Assembly: GCA_964361495.1 (NCBI GenBank) | Contig: CAYIAH010000001.1 | Span: 1,057-65,056 of the forward strand | Length of the DNA: 64,000 nucleotides | DNA from: an uncultured Candidatus Saccharibacteria bacterium | Lineage (GTDB): Bacteria; Patescibacteriota; Minisyncoccia; Sungbacterales; HO2-52-23 | Reading direction: 5' to 3' | In this document: in pieces, positions 31,236-40,404 of the stretch | How positions within the stretch are numbered: position 1 is the stretch's first letter | How the letters are laid out: each line of letters opens with the position of its first letter | Program-made: the position numbers and the translations under genes | The notes under the pieces: generated by a model | Told to the model about the DNA's origin: nothing | Seen by the model: the letters and a program-made list of their open reading frames with translations, nothing else | The model's database searches: none

Positions 31236-32384
31236 ATGGTTTCAATACTGCAAAAAGATTCATACGGACCAGAATATCTCGTGGAGATACATGATCCCTC
31301 GCTTGGTATGGAGGGGTTTCTTGTCATTGATAACACAGCGCTCGGGCCGGGCAAGGGCGGGATTCGCATGACCGAGGACGTAAGCGCGGAGGAGGTCGCG
31401 CGTCTTGCGCGCGCAATGACCTGGAAAAATGCGCTTGCGGGCATTCCTTTTGGTGGCGCGAAAGCGGGGATTCAATGGAATGCTTCAGAACAAAATGATG
31501 CCCACTCGGCATCTGCCCGCAAAAAAGAGTATGTACAAAGTTTTGCGCGGCGCATCGCGCCATTCATTCCAAAACTCTATATTGCGGGTCCTGATGTCAA
31601 TAGCGGCGCTGAAGAAATGCGGTGGTTCGCGGAAGCGATAGGCAAATGGAACGCGGCAACCGGAAAACCGTCTGATTTCTGTTTCGTTGCCTCTTCGGGG
31701 AAAAAGAAGTGCGGCCTCCCGCATGAATTGGGGAGCACCGGTTTTGGAGTTGCGCATGCTGCTCGCGTTGCGCTGGAACTAAAAGGACTACCTATCAAAA
31801 AAGCGACGGCCGCCATTGAGGGCTACGGCAATGTGGGAAGCTTTGCTCATCAGTTCCTGCAGGAAATGGGGATTCGGGTGGTCGCCGCAGTCGACCGAAA
31901 AGGCGGCATCTACCATGATCCGGGACTGGACGCAAAATCGTTGCGATTTCTGAAAGCACAGGGAAAATCAGTCGCTGAATATCCCCATGGAAAAAAATTA
32001 TCCCGCGACGATCTTTTTAATCTTGCGGTTGATGTCCTTATTCCCGCATCGGTCACGGATGTGATCACCGATGCGCATAAAAATAAAATCCAGGCAAAGA
32101 TTATTGTCGAAGGAGCGAATATCCCCATGAAAGAGCACATTGAAGAACATCTTTGGAAACGAAAGGTACTCGTGGTACCCGACATTATCGCAAATGCAGG
32201 CGGCGTCATTTCTTCATATGCCGAATACCGGGGATACTCTCCAAAAAAAATGTTCGCATTGGTTGAAGAACGCATTGAAAAAGTGGTACGGGAAGTGCTT
32301 ACAAAAAGTTTGCAGGAAGGCGTGAGCGCGCGGACTGCTGCTCTGGGTATCGCGCGTCTCCGGATTGAACGCGCGCGCGCCTAG
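31236..32384 (+). CDS. Glu/Leu/Phe/Val dehydrogenase
   Basis: KGGIR, GGAKAG, GYGNVG, EGAN, PDIIANAGGV. Confidence 0.92.
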   Translation: MVSILQKDSYGPEYLVEIHDPSLGMEGFLVIDNTALGPGKGGIRMTEDVSAEEVARLARAMTWKNALAGIPFGGAKAGIQWNASEQNDAHSASARKKEYVQSFARRIAPFIPKLYIAGPDVNSGAEEMRWFAEAIGKWNAATGKPSDFCFVASSGKKKCGLPHELGSTGFGVAHAARVALELKGLPIKKATAAIEGYGNVGSFAHQFLQEMGIRVVAAVDRKGGIYHDPGLDAKSLRFLKAQGKSVAEYPHGKKLSRDDLFNLAVDVLIPASVTDVITDAHKNKIQAKIIVEGANIPMKEHIEEHLWKRKVLVVPDIIANAGGVISSYAEYRGYSPKKMFALVEERIEKVVREVLTKSLQEGVSARTAALGIARLRIERARA

Positions 32385-32450
32385 AATTCATCTCGGAGAG
32401 AGAATCTCACGGCGCGCGAAGCGCGCACAGTTCTCCCTCCGAGTTCAATT
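32385..32450. repeat. Intergenic hairpin with GCGCGAAGCGC core; partial second copy at 35025-35068
   Basis: Stem CTCGGAGAGAGAA/TTCTCCCTCCGAG; 16-mer CGGCGCGCGAAGCGCG shared with 35029-35044. Confidence 0.6.
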
Positions 32451-32454
32451 TCGC

Positions 32455-33441
32455 ATGTACGAAGCGATCAAAAATTTCTCCGCCCAATTTTTATTTGAGC
32501 CGAAAATTGAAAATGAAACCGAGCTTCCCGCCGCGACCCATTTTGTCGTCGCCGGCATGGGAGGATCGCATCTTGCCGCGGATCTTATCAACATACGTAT
32601 TCCCGAATTGAAACTTGCCGTGCATCACGATTATGGACTGCCGCTGTTTGATAAGGATGCGTATAAAGAAAATCTTTTCATTGCCAGTTCATATTCCGGA
32701 AACACCGAAGAGACCCTTGACTCCTATGAGAAAGCGCGCGCGCAAGAATATGCGGTCGCGGCAATAAGCACTGGAGGAAAACTTCTTGACTATGCGAGAA
32801 GAGACCGTGTGCCGTTTATCCAACTGCCCGACACCGGCATCCAGCCGCGCGCAGCCCTCGGTTTCAGCACAAGGGCGTTGCTCAAATTATTCCGCGAGGA
32901 TTCGGCGCTCCATGAGACGCGCTCACTTGGCGAACATCTGAAACCCGAAGAATTCGAAGAACAGGGAAAAGCGCTCGCCGAACGCCTCCGCGGGAAAATT
33001 CCGCTCATCTATACTTCGCGCCGCAACGCGCCGCTCGGATATGCATGGAAAATAAAATTCAATGAGACCGCCAAAATTCCCGCATTTTGCAACAATTTTC
33101 CCGAATTGAGTCATAACGAAATGACGGGGTTTGATCGGGCCGCCTCGACCCGCGACTTGTCAGAACGGATGTGTGTTATTATGCTGAAAGATGCCCGTGA
33201 CGGGGAGAGAGTGCAAAAACGAATGGATATTACCGCGACAATGCTTCGCGAACGCGGCGTGTCGGTGGAAGCGCTTACCCTCAAAGAGGGGATCGGATTC
33301 TATACGATATTTTCCACGCTTTTAATTGCGGATTGGACATCGTATTACACCGCGCTCTACTATGGGGTCGAACCCGAAGAGGTGCCCATGGTCGAAGAAC
33401 TTAAAAAACGAATCACCTTACATGGAACAGACACCAACTGA
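32455..33441 (+). CDS. Bifunctional phosphoglucose/phosphomannose isomerase (SIS domain)
   Basis: GMGGS, SYSGNTEET, QPRAALG, PELSHNE. Confidence 0.92.
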   Translation: MYEAIKNFSAQFLFEPKIENETELPAATHFVVAGMGGSHLAADLINIRIPELKLAVHHDYGLPLFDKDAYKENLFIASSYSGNTEETLDSYEKARAQEYAVAAISTGGKLLDYARRDRVPFIQLPDTGIQPRAALGFSTRALLKLFREDSALHETRSLGEHLKPEEFEEQGKALAERLRGKIPLIYTSRRNAPLGYAWKIKFNETAKIPAFCNNFPELSHNEMTGFDRAASTRDLSERMCVIMLKDARDGERVQKRMDITATMLRERGVSVEALTLKEGIGFYTIFSTLLIADWTSYYTALYYGVEPEEVPMVEELKKRITLHGTDTN

Positions 33442-34027
33442 AATACAAAATCCAAATTCATCATCCGGCACGAAAGCGGAATTCAAAAAAACTCGCCACG
33501 ATGAAGCGCGGCGCCGTAAAAACATGAAGGGAGCCGCTGTCGCGCTCATTATAGTATGCCTCGTCGGCGGCGCGATATACGGCGCTATTGCATACCGCCG
33601 CTCGCGGACAAAAAATCTTCCGGGAGTCGCCTTTGAAGAGCAGGGACGCGAACACGTGGGTCCCGGCCACCCGCATGCCTATAATTCCAACCCGCCGACT
33701 TCCGGACCGCATTTTACGAGTCCAATTGACTGGGGCGTGTATAAAGACGAGCTTCTCGACGAAGCGTTGATCCATAATCTTGAACACGGCGGCGTCTGGA
33801 TTTCGTATCGCCCCGACATTGCCGAGGAACTCAAAAAGAAACTGGAGGGGTTCTATGCAGAGTTCGGAAGAAAGATTATCGTGACACCGCGCGCAAAGAA
33901 TGACGCTGACGTGGCGCTCGCCGCATGGACGCGGCTTGACACATTCAGCGCTCGCGAATTTTCAGAAGAGCGCGTTCGGCGGTTCATCAAAGCGTTTCGA
34001 AATAAAGGCCCTGAATTTGTTCCATAA
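33422..34027 (+). CDS. DUF3105-like membrane-anchored protein
   Basis: YNSNPPTSGPH, HNLEHGGVWISY, LAAW. Confidence 0.8.
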   Translation: MEQTPTEIQNPNSSSGTKAEFKKTRHDEARRRKNMKGAAVALIIVCLVGGAIYGAIAYRRSRTKNLPGVAFEEQGREHVGPGHPHAYNSNPPTSGPHFTSPIDWGVYKDELLDEALIHNLEHGGVWISYRPDIAEELKKKLEGFYAEFGRKIIVTPRAKNDADVALAAWTRLDTFSAREFSEERVRRFIKAFRNKGPEFVP

Positions 34028-34036
34028 ATAATTCCA

Positions 34037-35005
34037 ATGTACGACGTCATCATCATCGGCGGGGGACCCGCCGGCAGCGCCGCAACGGTCTACGCGGCGC
34101 GCAAGAAACTGAAAACCGCCCTCATTACCGAATCATTCGGCGGCCAATCAATTGTATCCGACGATATTCAAAACTGGATTGGCGAACCGCACATCTCAGG
34201 TCTTGATCTTGCCCGAAAATTTGAGGCGCATATACGCGCGTATCCGGAGAATGTAGAGGTCAAGATGCCCGAAAAAGTAATTGAGGTGCGCTCAATCAAA
34301 TGCAGTGCGGTTGATCGTATATGCGATTTTGAAGTCAAGACCGATCAGGGGAATACCTACCAAACAAAAACCGTTATTGTCGTCGCGGGCGCGCGGCGCA
34401 GAAAACTTAACGTGCCCGGAGAGGATCGTTTTAACGGCAAGGGCGTCGCGTACTGTTCAACATGCGATGCGCCGCTCTTTTCCGGAAAAAAAGTCGCCGT
34501 CGTCGGCGGCGGCAATGCGGGGCTTGAAGCGGTGCAGGATCTTTTTCCGTATGCCGCCGAGGTATACCTTCTGGAATATGGAGAAGCGCTCAAGGGAGAT
34601 CCGGTCACCCAAGAAGAGATCAAAAAAAATCCAAAATTCAAAGGCATTATTTTCAACGCCCAAACCATTGAAGTGACCGGAAACCAGTTTATGAACGGCA
34701 TAAAGTATCAAGATAAAAAAAGCGGGGAGGAAAAATTTCTTCCCGCGGACGGGGTCTTTGTAGAAATCGGTTCAGTGCCGAATTCCGAGATCGTGAAAAA
34801 TCTTGTTGATCTGGATAAGTGGGGGCAGATTATTATTAACTCAAAGCACGCTTCCACCTCTCACCCCGGCATTTTTGCCGCAGGCGACATTACCGACGAC
34901 CCCTATAAACAAAATAACATTTCGGCGGGGGACGCCGTAAAAGCGGCGCTCGCCGCCTATGCGTATCTGCTGAAACGAGAAAAACAAAGTCCCGTGGGGG
35001 GGTGA
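34037..35005 (+). CDS. trxB: Thioredoxin-disulfide reductase (AhpF C-terminal-like)
   Basis: GGGPAG, CSTCD, GGGNAG, FAAGD. Confidence 0.9.
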   Translation: MYDVIIIGGGPAGSAATVYAARKKLKTALITESFGGQSIVSDDIQNWIGEPHISGLDLARKFEAHIRAYPENVEVKMPEKVIEVRSIKCSAVDRICDFEVKTDQGNTYQTKTVIVVAGARRRKLNVPGEDRFNGKGVAYCSTCDAPLFSGKKVAVVGGGNAGLEAVQDLFPYAAEVYLLEYGEALKGDPVTQEEIKKNPKFKGIIFNAQTIEVTGNQFMNGIKYQDKKSGEEKFLPADGVFVEIGSVPNSEIVKNLVDLDKWGQIIINSKHASTSHPGIFAAGDITDDPYKQNNISAGDAVKAALAAYAYLLKREKQSPVGG

Positions 35006-35069
35006 GAGCATTATCTCCTTGCGCCTCGCGGCGCGCGAAGCGCGAGGGTTTCCTCCTCCAAGATGAATC

Positions 35070-35810
35070 ATGCCGCATATCGAAATTGCCGCAGAGCGAC
35101 TCATTGAATTATTTGGAATGCCGATCACGAACACGCTCATTACGAGCTGGATCGTTGTCGGCTTCTTGGTGCTGTCGGCCGTTCTTTTTCAAAAGCGCGT
35201 CACGCGCGTCCCGAAGGGCGCGCAAAATATCGCAGAATTTTTTGTCGAGAAACTGCTCGGCCTCATGGAGGGGGTCATCGGATCGCGTGAAAAAGCAGAG
35301 CGCTATTTCCCGATTGTGGCAACTCTTTTTATTTTTATCCTCATATCCAACTGGTTTGGCATCTTTCCGGGGGTCGGCTCTTTGGGGCTCATCGAGGAAC
35401 ACGAGGGGCGCCCCGTGTTTGTGCCCCTTCTTCGTTCTGCGGCAAGCGATGTGAATACGACTTTGGCTCTCGCCGCGATCGCGGTCATCCTTATCAATCT
35501 CATGGGGATTGCAAGCGCGGGCGTGTGGCGATACGTGTCAAGATTTATCTCTTTCAAAGGCCCGATCGAGTTTTTTGTGGGCATACTTGAATTTATTTCG
35601 GAATTTGCTAAGATTATTTCATTCGCGTTCCGCCTGTTTGGCAACATATTTGCGGGAGAGGTATTGCTCGTGATTACCGCATTTCTTATTCCATACTTTG
35701 TGCCGATTCCATTTCTGATGCTTGAACTGTTTGTCGGGTTTATTCAGGCGCTTGTCTTCGCAATGCTCACCACCGTATTTATCAGCATTGCCACGGCGGA
35801 ACATCATTAA
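35070..35810 (+). CDS. atpB: F0F1 ATP synthase subunit a
   Basis: FRLFGNIFAGE, IQALVF. Confidence 0.96.
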   Translation: MPHIEIAAERLIELFGMPITNTLITSWIVVGFLVLSAVLFQKRVTRVPKGAQNIAEFFVEKLLGLMEGVIGSREKAERYFPIVATLFIFILISNWFGIFPGVGSLGLIEEHEGRPVFVPLLRSAASDVNTTLALAAIAVILINLMGIASAGVWRYVSRFISFKGPIEFFVGILEFISEFAKIISFAFRLFGNIFAGEVLLVITAFLIPYFVPIPFLMLELFVGFIQALVFAMLTTVFISIATAEHH

Positions 35811-35853
35811 AATTCGTCGAATCCGCGTTATCCGTTTACTACACTATACTATT

Positions 35854-36081
35854 ATGGAGCAAGAAACCATAAAATTGCTTGCGACGGCCGGAGCGATCGT
35901 CGGCGGCACCACGGTGCCCGCGCTTGCCATTGCGCTTATCGGCAGCAAGGGATTGGAGGCGATCGGCCGGAATCCGGAAGCCGCGACGAAAGTGCAGACC
36001 GCAATGATTCTTGCGATCGCATTTGCCGAGGCAATCGCAATCTACGCCCTCGTGGTCGCGCTCATCATTAAATTCGTATAA
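35854..36081 (+). CDS. atpE: F0F1 ATP synthase subunit c
   Basis: GRNPEA loop, FAEAIAIY. Confidence 0.96.
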   Translation: MEQETIKLLATAGAIVGGTTVPALAIALIGSKGLEAIGRNPEAATKVQTAMILAIAFAEAIAIYALVVALIIKFV

Positions 36082-36112
36082 GCCCGTAGGCGTCTGACCG
36101 AACGGGACTTTG

Positions 36113-36619
36113 ATGGCTGAATTCATCCGTCATTTTGGTATTGATTGGAAACTCTTCCTCGCGCAGGCAGTGAATTTTTTTATACTCCTTTTTGTCCTGA
36201 AAAAATTTGCCTACGGCCCCATTCTTGAACTCTTCAGAAAAAGACGCACCGAAATTCAAGAGGGGATTGCCATGCGGCGCGAAGCTGAAAAACATCTTCG
36301 GGAGGTTGATTCTGAAAAACAAAAAATTCTTTCAAACGCGGAACGCGAGGCCATATCTCTTATAGATCATGCCCGCGAGACCGCAAAAAAGCAGCACCAA
36401 GAAATCGTTGCAGAGGCGGGAGCGAAAGCCGAGAGTATCCGCGCCCAGACAAAACACGCAATTCTCCAAGAACGCGCAGCAATGACCGCCGCCCTTTATG
36501 ATGACGCAAAAGAGCTCGTGCGTCTCGGCGTTCAGCGCGTGCTTCAAAAAATTCCCGCGAAGAATCGTGATCAGATGCTCATTAAAGAGGCGCTCCGCGA
36601 ATTGGAGAAAACCGTATGA
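36113..36619 (+). CDS. atpF: F0F1 ATP synthase subunit b
   Basis: GIDWKLFLAQAVNF, TM plus coiled coil, operon position. Confidence 0.93.
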   Translation: MAEFIRHFGIDWKLFLAQAVNFFILLFVLKKFAYGPILELFRKRRTEIQEGIAMRREAEKHLREVDSEKQKILSNAEREAISLIDHARETAKKQHQEIVAEAGAKAESIRAQTKHAILQERAAMTAALYDDAKELVRLGVQRVLQKIPAKNRDQMLIKEALRELEKTV

Positions 36620-36996
36620 AATATACCATCCGTCAGTATGCGGAGGCCCTGCGGTATTCTTTCCAAGATAAAACCGGCATGAAACGGCGCGCCGTTATAA
36701 AACGTTTTTTAGAGACGCTGCGGCATCATCAGAAAACCCATTGGCTCAAAGCAATTCTTCATGAAGCAGAAATGCAGGAGCGCGCGGCGCGCGGAATCAA
36801 AAAAATCATGATTATGTCCGCTTCGCCGCTGCCGAAGACCGTGCACAAAAAAATAGCTTCTCTTTTTTCAGGAAAGGCGCACATTGAAGAAAAAATCGCT
36901 CCCGAACTTTTTGCGGGCATTTCAATTTTTATTGATGAAGAGCTCCTTATTGACGCGAGCGCGCAAAACGCACTCCGACTGATGTTTAGGAAATAA
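36616..36996 (+). CDS. atpH: F0F1 ATP synthase subunit delta, short
   Basis: YAEAL, SASPL, PELFAGI....IDAS; operon position. Confidence 0.85.
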   Translation: MKYTIRQYAEALRYSFQDKTGMKRRAVIKRFLETLRHHQKTHWLKAILHEAEMQERAARGIKKIMIMSASPLPKTVHKKIASLFSGKAHIEEKIAPELFAGISIFIDEELLIDASAQNALRLMFRK

Positions 36997-36999
36997 TAA

Positions 37000-37008
37000 T
37001 GTGGATAA
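37000..37008. promoter_or_regulatory. Consensus DnaA box at the left island border
   Basis: TGTGGATAA three bases after the atpH stop. Confidence 0.45.
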
Positions 37009-37009
37009 T

Positions 37010-37045
37010 AAAAATCCGTCCCGATGGCTACCGAGACGGTTTTTT
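37010..37045. terminator. Probable bidirectional intrinsic terminator
   Basis: Minus-strand stem CCGTCTCGGT/ATCGGGACGG with A and T runs on both sides. Confidence 0.7.
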
Positions 37046-37062
37046 GTTTCCATAACGAAACC

Positions 37063-38814
37063 TTAAACGGACTCACCGCTCAATTGTTTGAGTCGCATGA
37101 TTTGACGCATCAGCTCCTCGCGATCCCAAAAAAGTTGCTTACATATATCCGTGTCCGGTATGAGTCGCTCATCAGTGCATTCCATAAGTGCTACGAGAAT
37201 CTGGAGTTTTCGTTGCACAACGGGGTCTGCGGGATGAAAGACGCGCACCTCCTCAAGCAATATCTCTGGATTAAGTTTTTCCATGCCAGCTGAAGTTTTT
37301 GCTTCCTCAAGCTGTTCAATGAGAAGGTCAAAATCTGCCGGATAGTAGGATTCAGTGAGTTCAAGCACTTCCTTTTTTTGTTCACCTTCGATCGCAAGAG
37401 AAAAATGCTCTAACAGAACATGATCGACAAATGCCTCACGTTCTTCGGGGGTTTCTGGCGCAAATACTGGATAATGGCGTCCCGCCCTTCCGGAACGCTT
37501 TATATCCGACTCAAGCTTGTCCGGTCGCGCCGTAATCAAAATCCAGCAGACACGCCCTTTATTTCTTTTATCTTCCATCATGCGCAAAATCTTTCCAAAC
37601 AGCCGTTTATCAACTTCGTGTACCTCACGTCCACGCCCGCCCAGTTCCGTATCACCCTCGTCCACCATAATGATGACGCGGCCGATTGCTTCGATGATTT
37701 CTTCAATAATCTCCCAGATTCGTTCCGTCTCTCCGTACCACATGCTTCGAAGATTTTTGAGTCGCACCACATGCCAACCAGTCTCTTTTGCAAATGCTTT
37801 CATAATAAAGCTTTTGCCGCTGCCGTTTGGGCCCGGGACAAGAATACCGTGAGGAATTGCGGCTGTATTTCCTGATCGAAACAAAGCGGCGAGGCGCTTC
37901 AGATGCGCAACCAATCGTTTCTGGCCCACGATTCGTTGAAACCCGTAATCGGATTCAACAAATTCCACATAGCCGCCGATGGATTGTTCAAGGATCTCCC
38001 GTGCGCGTTCATGCGCGGCATCTCGAGTCAACGCCGGAGGATCACCCTTTTCGGTATCCGTGCGGAATGCCGCAGTGCGAAGAAATTGACGAATGTCGTA
38101 TAGCGTAAGACCAGCTGTTGCTTCAGTAAGCTCGTCTGTGCTCGCTGCGACGCCGCTCTTCAACATATCTTCTGTGTAATGAACAAGAAATACTTTTCTC
38201 AACGCCGCATCCGGCCGCGGAATCTTAATGGGCGTAATATGCGGCAGATTTTTTATTGCCGCATTCACGGCCTCAACGCTTTCACTGATCATGATCAGTG
38301 CATGACGCGAGTTGAGAAAATCTTCTGATGTGCACCACTTCTGAAGAAATTGAATGCACCGGCGATCATTTTCGGACAGGTGTGCTTCACTCTGTGCGGG
38401 CGCCACGGTGTTAATCTCACTCATGATGAAAACCAGTTTTCGGTCGTAAGAGGACTGCTGTATACGTGCAGTGATATCTTTTGCAAGTGTCAACATTGCA
38501 AAAACTGAAGTTGCGCTTTCCTTATAGAGCTTCTCAAAAACATCCTTCTGTCTCTTGAAAAGTTCACTCAAAAAGTTGAATGCAGTATGGGAATCAGGAT
38601 GCAGTATCGTAAGCCCGCTCGACAAATCAAGATGAAGAAGCATCCTATCCGGTGCCGCGCATTCTTGAACCAAAAGAGACACCAAAGGAACCCATCGTTC
38701 ATCAAGTGCGAAAAAAAGATCATGGACATTTCCGTGAAGCAAGAATATATTTCCTGCCCGTGCGCCGTAACTCAAATTCATCTTCTTAAGAAAGCTGGGT
38801 GCAGGTACTATCAT
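37063..38814 (-). CDS. AAA+ ATPase, classical clade (degenerate D1 plus intact D2)
   Basis: Walker A GPNGSGKS, pore loop MWYGETE, Walker B IIMVDEGD, second region of homology TARPDKLESDIKRSGR; SD AAAAGGAG. Confidence 0.9.
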   Translation of the reverse strand: MIVPAPSFLKKMNLSYGARAGNIFLLHGNVHDLFFALDERWVPLVSLLVQECAAPDRMLLHLDLSSGLTILHPDSHTAFNFLSELFKRQKDVFEKLYKESATSVFAMLTLAKDITARIQQSSYDRKLVFIMSEINTVAPAQSEAHLSENDRRCIQFLQKWCTSEDFLNSRHALIMISESVEAVNAAIKNLPHITPIKIPRPDAALRKVFLVHYTEDMLKSGVAASTDELTEATAGLTLYDIRQFLRTAAFRTDTEKGDPPALTRDAAHERAREILEQSIGGYVEFVESDYGFQRIVGQKRLVAHLKRLAALFRSGNTAAIPHGILVPGPNGSGKSFIMKAFAKETGWHVVRLKNLRSMWYGETERIWEIIEEIIEAIGRVIIMVDEGDTELGGRGREVHEVDKRLFGKILRMMEDKRNKGRVCWILITARPDKLESDIKRSGRAGRHYPVFAPETPEEREAFVDHVLLEHFSLAIEGEQKKEVLELTESYYPADFDLLIEQLEEAKTSAGMEKLNPEILLEEVRVFHPADPVVQRKLQILVALMECTDERLIPDTDICKQLFWDREELMRQIMRLKQLSGESV

Positions 38815-38852
38815 CCTATCCGCTCCTTTTCTGATTGTCCTCTCTTGTTTTG

Positions 38853-38880
38853 AAAAAGACCAGTCGTTTCCCGACTGGTC
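38853..38880 (-). terminator. Internal intrinsic terminator upstream of the ATPase gene
   Basis: Perfect 9-bp stem GACCAGTCG/CGACTGGTC followed by T5 on minus strand. Confidence 0.7.
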
Positions 38881-38889
38881 ATGCCCTGT

Positions 38890-39339
38890 TTAATCTTCGG
38901 TTTCAAACCAATAAACGAGACGCGGGACGCCTATCCCTGATTCACTGATCTTCGCCACTTCAGAAACTACTGTTTTGAATATGAGCGCGCATGCGCCAAC
39001 TGCTGTTGTCGCCGAACCCTCGACAAAGATAGCCGCGGACCATGCCATGAGTATATAGAGCTCCTCAAGTGTGAGCCATGAACTTGAGTAGCCGTCAGAA
39101 CTCCATGTCGCGCGTATCTCTCTTCCCCGCAAACTCAAATTCCTAGGGAGTCCACGCGGTGCAGATGGAAGGAATTTCGTCAGTGTGGAGCGACTTTTTT
39201 CTTCTTCATAGAAGCCGTGGAGACCAACAGTCACTGCGAGGAAATTAATCATTCCTGCCAGATCCACGCCCTTGTGATAGTGCGCAACGTTCCGCGTATC
39301 CTCGTACTCAATAAACCCTCGTACATGTGTGATCATCAT
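38890..39339 (-). CDS. Hypothetical protein (149 aa)
   Basis: Start overlaps the stop of the upstream gene (TAATG); SSWLTLEEL and C-terminal RLVYWF. Confidence 0.7.
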   Translation of the reverse strand: MMITHVRGFIEYEDTRNVAHYHKGVDLAGMINFLAVTVGLHGFYEEEKSRSTLTKFLPSAPRGLPRNLSLRGREIRATWSSDGYSSSWLTLEELYILMAWSAAIFVEGSATTAVGACALIFKTVVSEVAKISESGIGVPRLVYWFETED

Positions 39340-40175
39340 TAGCTCCTTTTGGTGAGTGTTTCGGGCATCGTTGCCGAAGGCGGAACTGCCTCTTTCGCGG
39401 CACGACGTGCCGCAAGTTCTACCTTGAGTCGTTCTGCTGCGCTTCGTTCCCGTGCTTTACGATCGTATTTATCTACTGCGGGGCTTGTGGCGCCTGCGTA
39501 TTCTTCCACGACTTTTCCGCGTTCAACTTTCTCCTCAAGATATTTGTCAGCTTCCTGCTCCAGCGCATCCACGCTTGTTTCAGCGCTCAAGGAAAGATGG
39601 CTCATGCGGCTCGCGCGTTCCTCGCGAAGATGCGCCACGTCATGCCGAAGCGCGCCGAGTTGTTTCTCCATGTTGGTCTTCTGGATTCTGTCGGCGATTT
39701 CCGCGATATAGGGCGCGACTTGTTCAATCTCCTGCTGGAGCGCCGTGAGCTCTTCCTCGAGAAACGCTTGCTGGCTTTTGACCTGTGCGAGCTCCCGTTC
39801 GGTCCTGTCATACGCGCTCACTGCTTGGGAATACTCTTGAGTTCCTTCAGAGAGTTTTTCAAAATCCATCATGATCGTTTCTTTCCTCTGAATCAGGAGA
39901 TCCTCCTTGCCTTCGAGCGCGGCATGCTGACTTTGCAGCCGTTTCAATTCGGTGCGTTGAGCCGCGAGGGTATCGATGGCCGCTTTCTGCTGACCTTTCA
40001 ACTGTTCAATTTTTGCCTCCTTGATGTCAATGTATCCCTGTTTACTCTGAACCATCCGGCGCTCCCAGATCCGGAGAAATCCGGTCCAGCGAACCCATGC
40101 AGTGCCAAAAATTTGCGGCCGCGCAAGGGTCACGAGAAAGGCGACTCCAAAAACGATTCCCCCGACAATAAGCAT
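39339..40175 (-). CDS. Membrane-anchored PspA/IM30 (ESCRT-III-like) coiled-coil protein
   Basis: N-terminal TM and amphipathic helix, long helical hairpin, short helices and terminal AAERLKVELAARR helix as in PspA/Vipp1; SD AAAAGGAGG. Confidence 0.6.
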   Translation of the reverse strand: MLIVGGIVFGVAFLVTLARPQIFGTAWVRWTGFLRIWERRMVQSKQGYIDIKEAKIEQLKGQQKAAIDTLAAQRTELKRLQSQHAALEGKEDLLIQRKETIMMDFEKLSEGTQEYSQAVSAYDRTERELAQVKSQQAFLEEELTALQQEIEQVAPYIAEIADRIQKTNMEKQLGALRHDVAHLREERASRMSHLSLSAETSVDALEQEADKYLEEKVERGKVVEEYAGATSPAVDKYDRKARERSAAERLKVELAARRAAKEAVPPSATMPETLTKRS

Positions 40176-40262
40176 GGCTTCTACCCTCCTTTTCAGCGAT
40201 TCGAATTGTTAACTGATATGCGGGTTGTCAACGTACCATTCCACGGGTAGCAGAAACCATTT

Positions 40263-40314
40263 ATCCTGTCAAGACCGTTCTATCCTTGACAGGATTTCCG
40301 TTATATGCAATACT
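40263..40314. promoter_or_regulatory. Back-to-back -35 boxes forming an 11-bp inverted repeat; divergent promoters
   Basis: ATCCTGTCAAG-11 bp-CTTGACAGGAT; plus strand TTGACA-17-AATACT with TG extension. Confidence 0.65.
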
Positions 40315-40404
40315 TTTTTAAGAAAAAAATGATAGTCAGGGCTGCTCGGCGAGCTCTTTGATAACATACAAGTACTAATACGCAAACAGAAGAAAGGAGA
40401 TAAG

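Noticed and set aside
35854-36081. Sodium-coupled ATP synthase
   Set aside because: Subunit c has Glu-Ala rather than the Glu-Ser/Thr sodium-binding signature, so ordinary proton coupling is more likely.
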